Of a DNA stretch of 64,000 bases, positions 1 to 15,768 are shown in pieces (position 1 is the first letter of the stretch; every line of letters starts with the position of its first letter). Made by a program: the position numbers and the translations under genes. The notes under the pieces were generated by a model. It saw only the letters and a program-made list of their open reading frames with translations. It had not been told where the DNA came from and did no database searches. Source of the stretch: Paraspadella gotoi (lineage: Eukaryota > Animalia > Chaetognatha); NCBI GenBank assembly GCA_051294375.1, contig CM119269.1, positions 584,272 through 648,271 on the forward strand, in the 5' to 3' direction.

Positions 1-140
1 GTATCTGCAGGATGTATTAAAATCAAATAATTAATCAGTTAATTAATCAATTAGTAAATAAATTAATCAATAATTAATTAATTAGTCATCAATCCTTCCA
101 TCCGTCCCATCTTAGCAAAAAGCTTCCAGTAACTCGTGAT

Positions 141-560
141 TGGCTGGTGGATTGATTAAAATTTTGTGTTGTGGGTAGGAAAGTGTGTGATAAAGCTGGA
201 TATAAAATTTTCGATGAGTGTGAGTGGAATTAGTTTAAATGGAAAAAAACATAAGTCGAAATTTTACTAAAATCTTATTTACTTATTTTAAACCAATAAA
301 TACTTCCAATTAATCATAATTGGATGGATAGATTGAGTTTGAAATTTTGTGGTGTGGGTAGAAAACGTATGACGAAGCTTGATATAAAGTTTCAGTGGAA
401 AAACGTACCAGTGGAAAAGAGTTAAATGAAAAAAATATGAGTCACATTTACTTGAATCTTTTTATTTATTTTTAACCCAATTGAATAGATGCCAGATGAA
501 ATTTTGTGAGCCAGTAGGAAAGTGAGTGAAGAAGCTAGATATAAAGTTTTGACGGATCAA
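141..560. repeat. Degenerate tandem repeat, ~3 copies, period ~160-180 bp
   Basis: The core aaattttgtg..gtgggtaggaaa..gtga..aagct.gatataaa.ttt recurs near 159, 342 and 499. The first two copies also share downstream tttatt...aaccaa sequence. Confidence 0.7.
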
Positions 561-641
561 GTTGAAAAATTATGCAAGTGAAAAATGCATGCCAAGTTAA
601 AAAAATCTTAAAAGCATAAGGATCGTCGCTATTGCATAAAA

Positions 642-1083
642 AGAGAGAGAGAGAGAGAGGAAAGATAGAGTGAGAGAGAGAGAGTGAGGAGGAAGAGGAG
701 AGAGAGTGTGAGAGAGAGAGAGAGGAGAAGAGACATATTTAAATAAAAAAATCTTAAAGACTCAAGATCGCAAGCCAGAGCCCACTATCATAGAAAATTA
801 TGAAAAAAAAAACCGGGAGAAAAAAACGAATGAATGCGTGCTGATAACGAATTGTTGATTGTACTAGTAATTGGATTGAGGTCACAATACTAAATGATTG
901 CATGTAATAGTAATTTATTGTATGCTAATAGGAATTGATTTATTGATTCGATGATAATCAATTATTGATGCATTATAGTCATTCACTGCTTGTGATGATA
1001 GTTCATTCATTTTGATGCTGATGATTGTCATTCATTGATGCGATTGCATAGTCAATAAACAAACAAATGCGTGTTATGAGTGA

Positions 1084-1114
<31 letters not shown>

Positions 1115-1724
1115 GAGAGAGAGAGAGAGAGAGAGACGAGAAAAAGAGAGAGAGAGAAAGAAAGAGAGAGAGAGAGAAAGAGAGAAGAGAGAGAGAGAGA
1201 GAAGACTGAGACGAGAGATGAGAGAGAGAGAGAGAGAGAAAGAAAGAGAATAAATCCACGAAATCTCGATGAAAATATGGGATTTTGTAATTGAAAAAAA
1301 GCGCGAATAAATGCAATAATAAAAAGTTTTTAGAAGGGAAAAAATAATCAGAATTTTTCAAAAAAACCAAAAACGATCACGCAGAATCGGACAGAAAGGA
1401 CAGACACACACAAGAGAGACAGAGAGACAGAGACGAGGAGAGAAAAAAGAGAGAGAAAGAGAGAGAGGACAGCCGCTGCAGAGAAAAAGAGAAAGAGAAA
1501 GAGCGATATATAATAATTAAAAGAGAGAGAGAGAGAAGAAGCTTTACAGCCCCTTTACTCGGTTAAAGAATCAGCAGTACTTATGGCGCCGCACGTCAGT
1601 TGAGTCTATTCTCTACCCAAAGGACCCGGCGTTCGCGCCCTGTTCGCCGGCATCGTTTTTTACATTAGTGAACCCACATTATATCTAAGAAATTTTTGTA
1701 AAAAAAAAGAAGAGAGAAGAGAGA

Positions 1725-1756
<32 letters not shown>

Positions 1757-1760
1757 AAGA
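642..1760. repeat. Clusters of imperfect (GA)n microsatellite
   Basis: GA-dinucleotide tracts at ~642-732, 1085-1245, 1410-1540 and 1705-1760. Confidence 0.9.
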
Positions 1761-2879
1761 AGCTGGACAGACGCTGCAGAAGCCGGAACTCGTTTTTAGC
1801 ACAAATCAGAAGAAGCATGTGACGGAAGAATGATAAGGGGAGAGAGCAGAGAGCGAACAATATAATTAAAACGTTTTTGTTTTGTAAATAAAACATAAAA
1901 CAAAATCACGAATATTGATATGAAACATGAGAATTTCTAAAGATCTTGATGATTAGAAGCCATTATGAAAATTCAACTCCCCTATGATAATCACATTTTC
2001 AGAAGCCATGATTGCAAAAAAGCGTGACCGAAAAGCTAAACCGAATCAAAATCTAGCCAGGACGGGCTTTCCCGCCTGGCTTGATATAGAGGATATTTGT
2101 TTTGTTTTGATTAAAATGGTAAACAAAACATTTAATAACTGTCTGACTCAATTTTAAGGACATCGATGATACAAGCTGATTATATATAACTATTTTTTTA
2201 ATCATAATTAATTAATAATCTTATATAATTAATTATCATTTAATAATTATTAATTATCAATTAATTAATTAATTATCGTAGGCAGGATCCGACATTGTTT
2301 GCTCAAACTTGTTAATATGCAATGTTACGCAAAATTGAACATGAAATATCACCGTCAGAATTCCCTACCGATCGATTTAGAAATTTCTCTTTACATTGAA
2401 CTACCGCCTTGAAACCTCGTACTAGTTTTTAATCAAAATTTGGAATTCATTTATTTTTCATTCGATTTAGACCCAAAAAAAAACTATTTAATATAAAACA
2501 AACAAAAACCCCCAAAAAACAGTTTTTTTTCTTTTCGAGTCTTCGGCGGGCGTCGGAACTCGGAAATGATTCGAGAACGAAAAAGTAGGCAGACCCATTT
2601 TTCAAGTTTTCCGATTTTTTTTTTTTTTTTTCTTGCCTATTGCACAACCAGACGAAGCATGTTTTTCCGCACCTTCGTCATCTGATTCCCCCAACTTATT
2701 CTCTGACGCCCTGAATCAAAAGTCGCTCTGGAATCTCTCATTCCCCCCCCCCGAAAATCAAAGATAATTCTCCCATCTTTTTCCTTTTGTTTTTTTTTTC
2801 TTTTGTTTTTTTTTGATTACGACTAGGATTATTTTTGATTGAGGAATAGATAGGAATTTATTTGTTTCCTTCCTCTTTT

Positions 2880-2888
2880 GTCTGTCTG

Positions 2889-2939
<51 letters not shown>

Positions 2940-3106
2940 ATCTTTCTTTCTTATTTCTTTCTTTCTTTCTAACTTTCTTTTTGTTTTTTCTTTCTTTCTA
3001 TCTTTCTGTCATTTTTTTTTCTTTCTTTCTTTCTTTTAATCTTTCTTTCTTTCTTTCTATCTTTCTGTCATTTTTTTCCCTTTTTTTCTTTCTTTCTTTC
3101 TGTTTT

Positions 3107-3145
<39 letters not shown>

Positions 3146-3180
3146 GTCATTCTTTCTTTCTTTCTTTCTTTCTTTCCTTC
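2880..3180. repeat. (TTTC)n low-complexity microsatellite
   Basis: Long imperfect TTTC tetramer array. Confidence 0.9.
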
Positions 3181-5181
3181 CCGGTTGTACACCGAACCAA
3201 AAGTATCAAAGAATAAAAGTTTGACTGGAATCTTTTTTCATTCCAAGTGCCTCTCATTTAGTCAAAGGGGGGTCCCCAGTCAAGGACCCAGTTAAACTTA
3301 TCTGGTTAATATTTCTCACACTTTTTTCTCGATCCTCGTTTTTCCTTTCACAATTTCTTTCTTCGAAAATAAAAAAATAAATGTTGGGATATTTTGATCT
3401 GTTTATTATTCTTTTATTTTTAACTGCGCGCGTAAATCGATTGAGAATTTTGGCCAACGTCATTTTAAGTTTTTTTATATATACATATTTTTTAGTCGGA
3501 GTAAACATGGATAAAATTAAACTAATCGCTACCGCAAGCCAGAACTGAAGAAGGCAAAACACTTTTTTTTACGATATTGTTTAACATTATCAAAATTAGG
3601 TCCCGAAATATTTCTACAAGAGAATTGAATTTGACGAGAGGCGATCGTTACTAGCATCAGTTTCAAATCATTCTCCGGGGAGAAAGAGTTTTGCCTCGAG
3701 GCTCAACTCAATTTTGTCGATTTCATTCTCAAATTTGAAAAAAAAAATAGCTTTGAACGTGATGAATTCTATTTTCGTAAAGAAATTTTAAAACAACAAA
3801 AAAAAAAGCCGTGCAAAGACCTAAAATATTCCAAAAATCTGTGTTTAAACAATGATACATTTGGCGTAAAGAAAGCTTTTCTTGTTTATGACCAAAATGT
3901 CATTCATTCATTTATTCATAATAATTTTTCATGATTTAAGTAATAATAAGCAAATATCTTTGTTTCAAAGCCCTTTTAAAAATAGCTCGAGTCTCCTCCT
4001 AGCCTAAAGGTTCAAAAATTATACAGTATTAGTATTGGTGTTTTTAAAAACTTTTATATGTATTAGTAAATTGTGTTTTCATCCTTGTTCTCGTCTTATT
4101 CTCTTTTATAATAGAAAAGTTTACCAGAATGAAACACAAATTAAAAATTAAGCCAATGAGATCATTAATTATTAATCATTGATTAATGATAATTATTTAA
4201 AAATAATAATGACTCTAATAATAATATTAATAATAAAATTCGTTAATCAACAATGAACCGGGAATGATAACGAAATAACCCGGCAATGTCTTCTTTTTAT
4301 TTTGTTTTTACTCGATTTACTTTCGTTTACCATTTTTTTTTCTCTCTCCTAATTTCCATATGAAAATCCGAACATAGATATACGATTGGTTTTTGATTAC
4401 GTTGTATTTTTCAATCACGGATTTCGATGATGATTTAACCTTTCAACTGAATCCAATTATGATATTATTAATAGTTCATATTTAAATAGAGAGTTATGTT
4501 TTACGTATCTTTTTGTTAATTATTAAAAAAAAACTATTACGACTCAGTAAAATTGTTGTCATTCCGATTCCCTTTTGTCTTTCATTTAAATAACAATATT
4601 TTCTTTAAAAAAATTACCACATTGTGCAAAGACATGACCCACGTGACCTAAAACGTCCTCCATATAAAAAATATATATTAAAAGTTTATCTTCATATTCT
4701 CTCTCTACTAAAAATATTCGTTCGGAGAGGAAAGAACATTGTAAATCTGGTATGTTTTAACTATTTACCATTTGAAAGTGTGGCGGTATATGTATTTGAC
4801 ATATGTATGCAAGTAAAGCATGAATTGTACCATCCTCGTAGTTTTATATGTGGTTACATAGATGAGAGACAAATCGGGTTTAAAACAAACAATTAGGAAA
4901 CAGTGACTGGGATTTACGAGCGGAAATTAACGAAAATTCGCGTTTCATGTGACCCAAACTATACAATTTCCTTCCCACATCTCACACTTTCGTTGTTTTT
5001 TTTTTTTTTACTTCGTTAAAAAAATTATTGTAAAAGTTGTTTTTAAACTTTTTTAAAAATTTCATCGCGATATATTTAATGCCAAGGACGCTTATCGATT
5101 ATCACCTAGCAACAGACAATAGACAATAGACGTCGGTATTCATGTCGGCCTCCGCTTCTCATCAACGCACGCCTGATAAGC

Positions 5182-5260
5182 AAAATAAAATAAAATAAAA
5201 TAAAATAAAATAAAGTAAAATAAAATAAAATAAAATAAAATAAAATAAAATAAAATAAAA
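5182..5260. repeat. (TAAAA)n microsatellite
   Basis: About 15 near-perfect pentamer copies. Confidence 0.9.
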
Positions 5261-5763
5261 TGGATATTCGCGCCTTCGCTTTTCGATAATCGATTGTTGC
5301 CATTTAAAATATTTAATGATTTATAATTATAGAAACGCGATACCTTTTTTTTTAAAAAAGTGGGAACCTCGATAAATCTCTTTTTTTAATATTTTATAGT
5401 TTTGTGTGTACATTGTACACTGTACAATTTATGAGTCGCATCGCTTAGCGAATACTTAAAAGTTTCATTTTTTTTATTATCTTCACGGCAGCGGCATGGA
5501 TCAACCATATAATTAAGCTCTCCTTTTTTAAATTTTTTTTTAATTTTAAATATTTTTGACAAGCCGGTACAAGCTGCAAAACGAAGCGTCGTTGTTTTAA
5601 AAAAAATTGTTAAATTTAAGCCTCAAAAAACTTGAAACTGTATCTCACTCGAAGGTTTTGTTCGCGAATTTTACCGTCGGCGTAAACAAAGATGTTTGTT
5701 TACAACGAAAAAGTTAATGAATGGAAAGTAATCGAAAAAAGGACAAGAAAGGTAAAGGAGAAG

Positions 5764-8460
<2,697 letters not shown>

Positions 8461-10020
8461 ACGCTATCATTCACCGACCCCAGTTACGTCGACGAACGAT
8501 GTGTCACAAAAAAAAAAATCCCAAAGCGACGACGTTATTTATCAATGATTGTCTCTCTCGCTCTTTCTCTCATGTTTACATGAGGGCGTGGACGACGTTA
8601 CACCTGTTGCACCGGCTGCGTCCTAAACGTCGCAACGAGTTCCACTTAAAACTAAATTAAAGATAATAGAACTAATTTAAACACAATTTGTTTTTCGGTT
8701 CTTAATTTACAACTTCAAATTCGAATTCATCAGCAACTTTGAAAATTAAACGGATTTTCAGAAAACCAATTTTAGTTAAAACGGGAAATTTCTTCGATGT
8801 AATAAAATTTAATTATCTCACTCGGATTCGATGGCAAAGTTAATGAATATTTTAAACTAACTCACGCTCTCATAATTAGGCACATCAATTTATTAAAAAA
8901 TATTCGGAAAGAACAAGAAATCCTTCCTTATTTGTATCGCAAAAATTAAGACTTGAGAACCTAAACGTAAAATGAAGTCAATAAAGTAAAATGTCTCAAA
9001 ACTCAAAAGTTTTTACCTTACGCAATGGTGAAACTCGTAAATTCCGTCAGTACGCAATTTTCAATATTTTTTTTTTTTACATTTCTTTCGATTTCATAAA
9101 TAGCCTTCATCGTTTTTCCCCTTTAGAAGTTATTAAATTTAAGGTTTTAATTAGCAAAGTTTTTGAAATTTTTACAACGATTTTATGACATTGTGAGCCG
9201 AAACATGCTATATTACAAATAAAATCGTTGTAAAAAATTAAAAAAACTTTGCTAATCTCATTCAACAACGAAAGAAAGGATTATACCATGAAGGTTTTAA
9301 TTAAAATTTTATGAACATTATAAATTTAGTCAGAATAAAACATAAAACACCGTTGTACTTTTGTTAGCGGCAAAAATACTTTAATCGTTATCCGAAGAAT
9401 TATTATTATTTTTTTATGTATGCCATTAATTAATCTGATCCCATGAATATCATTACCGAGTCCGTAATAATGAATACAGAGGGTACGCTTGGGAAATTAC
9501 AGGGTGGGAGAGAAATAAAGGAGAAAGGAGTTTTTTTTTCTTCTTCCTTTCAACGGATTTTTCTCTATTTTTAACAGGGTTTTTGACTGGGATTTTGAAG
9601 GCGATGCTTCGACGAGTCTCGACTCTTCGGCTTCACATTCGAATTCAAGGATAAAACAAAAAAATAAAAAAAAAGAGGAAAAAGATAAAAACGAAAAGAT
9701 AAAAAATTTCACTCTCAATCGCACAACCCTCCAGCCCCCTTCTCTCTTTCCGACAGCCGAAGAAAATAGACCAAAAAACAACAACAACGACGACAAAAGA
9801 GAGGAGAGAGAGAGAGAGAGAGAGAATGCGAATGAAGGGAGCGAGAGACCGGAACTCCTCGTCGACGCCGAATAAATTTCATCGTCGTCGATCGTAATCG
9901 AAGGAAATGCATCGAGACGCCGGCGCGCGCGCGGAGCGAGACCCGACCGGCGCGCCGGAGTAGCGGAGCGGCGACTGATAAGGAAGCCGGCGTCCGTCGC
10001 GGACGAGGCGTCGCGGGACG

Positions 10021-13000
10021 ATGACGGCGTCGAGGACGTTGAACTCGAAGAAGAATATTGAAAAGCCGTCGCCGATGATGACGATGGCGTCGCCGCCGAC
10101 GACAATTGCGACGAAACGCTGTCAACGCCGAGAGAACGGGAAAGATAAGAAGTAAGACTTTACCGTGCGGCTGTTGCGAGTTTTTAGGAGTCGTCAGGGT
10201 CGTCAATGTTTACGATGGCGATGCTGACTTTTTGTTTTTGTTTCTTTTATCAAATCAAGCTATTTTGTTTTCTCTCTTTCATTCTCGCTTAAATTTTAAA
10301 GTTTATTTTTGTTATTTTTTTGGCCGTATTTTTTTATTATTATTTTTTTTTTTTACATTTTAGAGCGATTAAATTGATTTATTTCTGATCCTTGTTTGCA
10401 GTGAAAACCTTCTCTTATTTTATTGTTTTTATTACGCGATGATTTATCACCAAGTTTATCCTTTGTTCTTTTTTCTTTTCAAGGTTTTTTTTTTTTGCCA
10501 GAAGTTTATTTTAAGTTTCAAATCGAAGGATTGTTTTCTTTCCGTGTACGATTAAATGTTGATCTTTACTATTTGAATAAATTTATCGTATTCCCTTCCA
10601 GGATCGAAAATCGAAGATACAACCCATCATCATCATCATCATCATCGCTCAATAGTAACACCATCTCTACCAACCATGACAAAAGTAAAACCTGCTGCTT
10701 CTCCCCATCCAGCAACTACGCCGAACATCCTCTCCATCTCTCCGGCCTCGACAATGAGTTTCGCAGCTCAACTTCCTCCCACCTTAGCCTCCCTCAACCA
10801 CGACCCACGGAATGCTCTTCCCGCGCCTTCTTCCATAACCCAAAACATCGGGAGAGCCACTACAGCGCCCCCAACCTCAGTTCGGCCGCCGCTCGTCGAA
10901 AACTGTCTCTGACAAACTTTTCTAGTCGAAGGTCGTTGAGCCGGACGATCCCTCTCCTCCTCTTTCTTCTCCCCGTCCTCTCCGCAGCCCAGTCGCCGAC
11001 CTATTCGGAGGAACTACATCCGGGAATGCCCAACGTCTGCTCGTTTCAGGAGAAGACAGAGGAGCGGGTGCGGAAGCCCTGCATCCGGGCCTTTACCCGA
11101 CTCGTCAAGGTTTGGAAACCGGCGTGCGGATCCAGCGCCGAGTGGTGCGTAGGCTACGAACGTCGCACTGCCTACTACACAACTTACGAACTCGTGCGTC
11201 GTCCGACGTGGACGACGCGTCATCGATGTTGCGATGGATTCCAGCGCCTCGGAGATCAACCAGGTTGCCTCTACCCCGTTTGTAGCATGGGCGTCTGCTT
11301 CAACGGCGGCGACTGTTCCGCGGTTCCAACGAAAAACCGAGAGTGCAACTGTCCTGATGGATTCCAGGGTCCTCGGTGCCAGTACGACGTCAATGAATGC
11401 GGCGTCGCTAATGGCGGCTGCGAGCAACTTTGTTGCAACACAATTGGATCCTACTATTGCAAGTGCCCACCGGGATACACCATCGCGAGCGATGGACGGC
11501 GATGCGTAGACATGGATGAATGTTTGGTCGACAACGGGGGTTGCCGTCACGCTTGCAGCAATACCCAAGGGAGCTACCGGTGCGAGTGTCCACCAGGGAT
11601 GAGACTCGGACCCGATCTGCGGTCCTGCATCGTTATAAATCAAAATGTTTGTTCCGACCGAAATGGAGGATGTCAGCAAAAATGTGTGAATCGCAGAGGC
11701 GGGCATTTTAGTTGCCACTGCGAGGATGGTTATCGAATTGGGAGGGACGGTCGTTCGTGTCAAGAGATGGATCCTTGTCGCAGGGGAAATGGAGGTTGTC
11801 AGCACGAGTGCATTAATGAAAGAGGTGTCGCCCGTTGCTCATGTTACAAGGGCTATAGACTTGATCATGACCAAAGGAGTTGCGTGGATGCTGATGAATG
11901 CCAGAATCAAAACGGAGGTTGTTCTCATACTTGCATCAACACCAAAGGGTCTTACACATGTACATGCCAAAGAGGATACCAGACTGGAAAAGATGGTCGC
12001 ACCTGTTACCGAATAGAAATGGAGGTTATTAACAGTTGTAGCATCAATAATGGAGGGTGTGATCAGCGTTGCCAGCATGGACCTGCTGGTCCGATCTGCT
12101 CCTGCCGAGAGGGTTACACGCTACAAGTTGATGGCAAAACATGCGAGGATACTGACGAATGCACACAAGGAACCTGTTGCTGTAATCACTTTTGCGATAA
12201 CAATTATGGCGGATACAGTTGTCGGTGTAGAGAAGGTTTTATTTTGGATACAAATGGCTGTAATTGTATTGATATTGACGAATGTTTAAACGATAACGGA
12301 GGCTGCGAGCACCTGTGCGTCAATTCAGAGGGAGCTTTCGAATGCGTCTGTAACTATGGATTTATCTTGCAGACAGATGGCAGAGGATGTAGTCCTCAAG
12401 ATGGATTTTTGTCAGATAATCAATTAGGCAACACAAATGACTTGGACATGTACAACTATGAATATCACGGGGGAGTAGATGACTGGAATACTTGGAATCA
12501 GTTACCCTCATTTCCTAAACTTGAACCGGAACCATCCCGAATAATTCCTATAACAGAGGAGCCACAAGCTCAAATAGACAATCGAATTATAATTGAAACA
12601 TGCATCGATGGAACCTTTGGAAAAGATTGTCAATACACTTGTCAATCATGCGCAAATGGTGGAAAATGTAATAAGGAAAAATCTGCCTGTATTTGTGCCG
12701 CAGGATGGCAGGGTACTCTTTGTAATCAAACATGCCCTGAAGGAATGTATGGAAAAAATTGCAGTCTTAATTGCACGTGCAGAAATGGGGGCACTTGTGA
12801 TCCAGAGAATGGAGCCTGTTTGTGTCCTCCAGGGATTACTGGCATCAATTGTGAAGATGGTTGTCCTGAAGGATTCTTTGGAGAAAAATGTGAGAGGAAA
12901 TGTCCTAATCAATGTGCCAGTCGTAGATGCAATCGTCTATTTGGATATTGCGAATGTTCCTCAGGATATTATGGAGAAAACTGCAATCAGAGGTGTCCAC

Positions 13001-15768
13001 CGTTTGCTTTTGGTCCTAATTGTGTCAAAAGTTGTTATTGTGACAAAGAAAATTCGAAAGGGTGCAACCATAAAACAGGAAAATGTTTATGCAATGATGG
13101 ATTTATTGGAAAAGAATGCTCCAAAAAGTGTCCTCTAGGTAGTTATGGTCCAAATTGTTCTAAAAAGTGTAAATGCCCGCCATCCACACCTTGTAATCAT
13201 ATTTCTGGCGAGTGCATAAAGAAATGTAAACCTGGTTTTCATGGATATGATTGCGACAAGCCATGCCCAATTGGAAAATTTGGATCTAATTGTTTAAAAA
13301 CTTGTGTCTGTGAATCTAAAGGCTGTGATGCAGCAACTGGTATCTGCTTGTGTGAAGCTGGACGTCAAGGACAATACTGTGATCAACCATGTCACGTTGG
13401 TTATTTTGGACCAAGCTGTCTGAAAAAATGTTCATGTAGAAATGGAGAATGTGATCCAATTAATGGAAATTGTACATGCCACCGAGGATGGTTTGGACCG
13501 AATTGCAAAGAAAAATGCCCTGAAGGAAGATATGGAAGAAATTGCATTCATATGTGTAAATGTGAAAATGGAGCAACTTGTCAACCTGTCACAGGCCAAT
13601 GTTTTTGTTCTCCTGGATGGAAGGGCAGATATTGTGATAAACCTTGCCACATTGGTTATTTTGGTAACAAATGTATCAGCAAATGCTTGTGTACTAATGG
13701 AGCTGAATGCAATCATATAAATGGCGAATGCATATGTTTACCAGGCTTCACAGGCATTGACTGCAACAAAAAATGTAAAAATGGAAATTATGGTCCAGGT
13801 TGTAAAAACAACTGTTCTTGTTCTAATGGAGGTTTATGTGATCATATATCAGGGGCCTGCACTTGTTTACCAGGATGGCATGGTACCTATTGTGAAAAAC
13901 CATGCCCAGATGGATTCTATGGGCAAGAATGCCAAGGTATATGTGAATGTAAACAAGCGTCAGATTGCAATCCGGTAACGGGTGAATGCGCATGCCAAGC
14001 TGGATGGACAAGTTCGGCTTGTGATAAACCATGCCTCAAAGGACGCTTTGGACAAGATTGTTTGCTACTCTGTACTTGCAAAAATGGAGCAATATGTGAT
14101 CATGTATCTGGTAGATGCATTTGTGCTCATGGATATGAGGGGGTGAACTGCGAGCACAAATGTAATCCCGGTTTTTTTGGAATGAATTGTGCAGAACGTT
14201 GTTTGTGTTTCCATAGCGGAAGTTGCCATCATATAACTGGAAAATGTGAATGTGAAAAAGGATATTCCGGCGATAATTGCGAACTTGAATGTCCAGAAGG
14301 ACAATATGGAAGTGGTTGCAGAAATAAATGTACATGTCTACATTCTCTATCATGCGATCCAAAAGAAGGAACTTGTTTTTGTGAACAAGGATGGAAAGGA
14401 CAAAAATGCAATGAGACATGCTCACCTGGATTTTTTGGAAATAATTGTACAAACCAATGTCATTGTCAAAATGGAGCTGTATGTGACCCAATAAATGGAA
14501 ATTGCATATGTAAACCAGGATGGCGAGGACGGGACTGTGAGAGACCTTGCATTCCAGGCTTTTGGGGAAAAAAATGTGATGAAATCTGTAACTGTCCACA
14601 TTCAGCACCTTGTGACCACATTAATGGACAGTGTCAATGCCCCCCAGGTTATACCGGATTATCATGTTCAGAAATATGCCCAGAGGGTTCTTTTGGAGAA
14701 AATTGTTTATTTTCTTGTAATTGCACAAGAAAAAATTCATTTTGCGACCCAGTGACAGGACAATGCCGATGCAAACCTGGTGTAAGGGGGGAAAATTGTG
14801 AAAAAGATTGTTTAGAGGGAACCTTTGGCCCTGATTGTACATTGAGATGCCATTGTTACAATAATACTATTTGCAACGCAATTAATGGAAAATGCTCTTG
14901 CCCAGCCGGGAGGATTGGAGCAACATGCGACCAAAAATGTCCTTCAGAAAGATGGGGAAAAGATTGCATCAATTTGTGCAGTTGTTCGAATGGAGCTTCA
15001 TGTGACTCAGAAAATGGTCGCTGTAGGTGCTCACCTGGTTATACAGGAGTCAAATGTGACAGAATATGTGAATCCAATTTTTGGGGAATAAATTGTAATC
15101 AAACTTGCTCCTGCAAAAATGATGCTTATTGTGATCCTTTCACTGGAGATTGTAAATGTGGACTTGGATGGACTGGTGACCGATGTCACAAAGCTTGTAA
15201 TTTCAATCGATTTGGACCAAATTGCATTTTATCATGCCAATGTCAGCATGGCGGAATCTGTGATAGGTTTACAGGGTCATGCACATGTAAACCTGGCTAT
15301 TATGGACATCTTTGTGAATTGACTTGTCCTGAAGGATACTATGGCGAACAATGTAAAAATCCATGCAAGTGCCTGAACCAAGGCCGATGCGATGCAGTTA
15401 CCGGACAATGCAAATGCCCCCCCGGATTTATTGGTGACAGATGTGATAAAACGTGTAGCTCAGGATATTACGGTAAAAACTGCAGATTCCCTTGTGAATG
15501 TGGAGACGTTTGCCATCACGTTACCGGCACATGTAGCTGCTTGCCGGGTACGATGGGAAAGATATGTCGCCAGATATGTCCATTTGGACAATTTGGACCA
15601 AATTGTTCTTCAAAATGCCAATGTCATCACGGCGGAAAATGTGACGCGGTCAATGGACAGTGCCTTTGTCAAGATGGATGGAGTGGCCCAAATTGCTTAC
15701 AGGGAGATGGAAGGGTGCGGATGCTCAGTCGAGACAGAAATCAATATCTCTACTGGTATCTACGTTGA
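10021..15768 (+). CDS. MEGF6: MEGF6-like multiple EGF-domain secreted protein; two coding exons inferred (10021-10151, 10602-15768)
   Basis: Hydrophobic signal-like segment ([14 protein letters not shown]), EMI-like domain (PGMPNVC...CCDGF), a run of calcium-binding EGF repeats (DVNEC/DMDEC/DIDEC), then many laminin-type EGF repeats; no TM segment. Donor AA|GTAAGA at 10152 and acceptor ttcccttccAG at 10600-10601 are phase-2 compatible and supply an in-frame ATG at 10021. Confidence 0.88.

Noticed and set aside
9497-10206. Minus-strand ORFs of 202 and 163 aa upstream of MEGF6
   Set aside because: They are antisense to the GC-rich MEGF6 first exon, low in complexity, have no recognisable domain and run through microsatellite.
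10423-10601. TTG-initiated N-terminal extension of the MEGF6 ORF in the ORF track
   Set aside because: It is T-rich intron-like sequence ending in a clear acceptor at 10600-10601.
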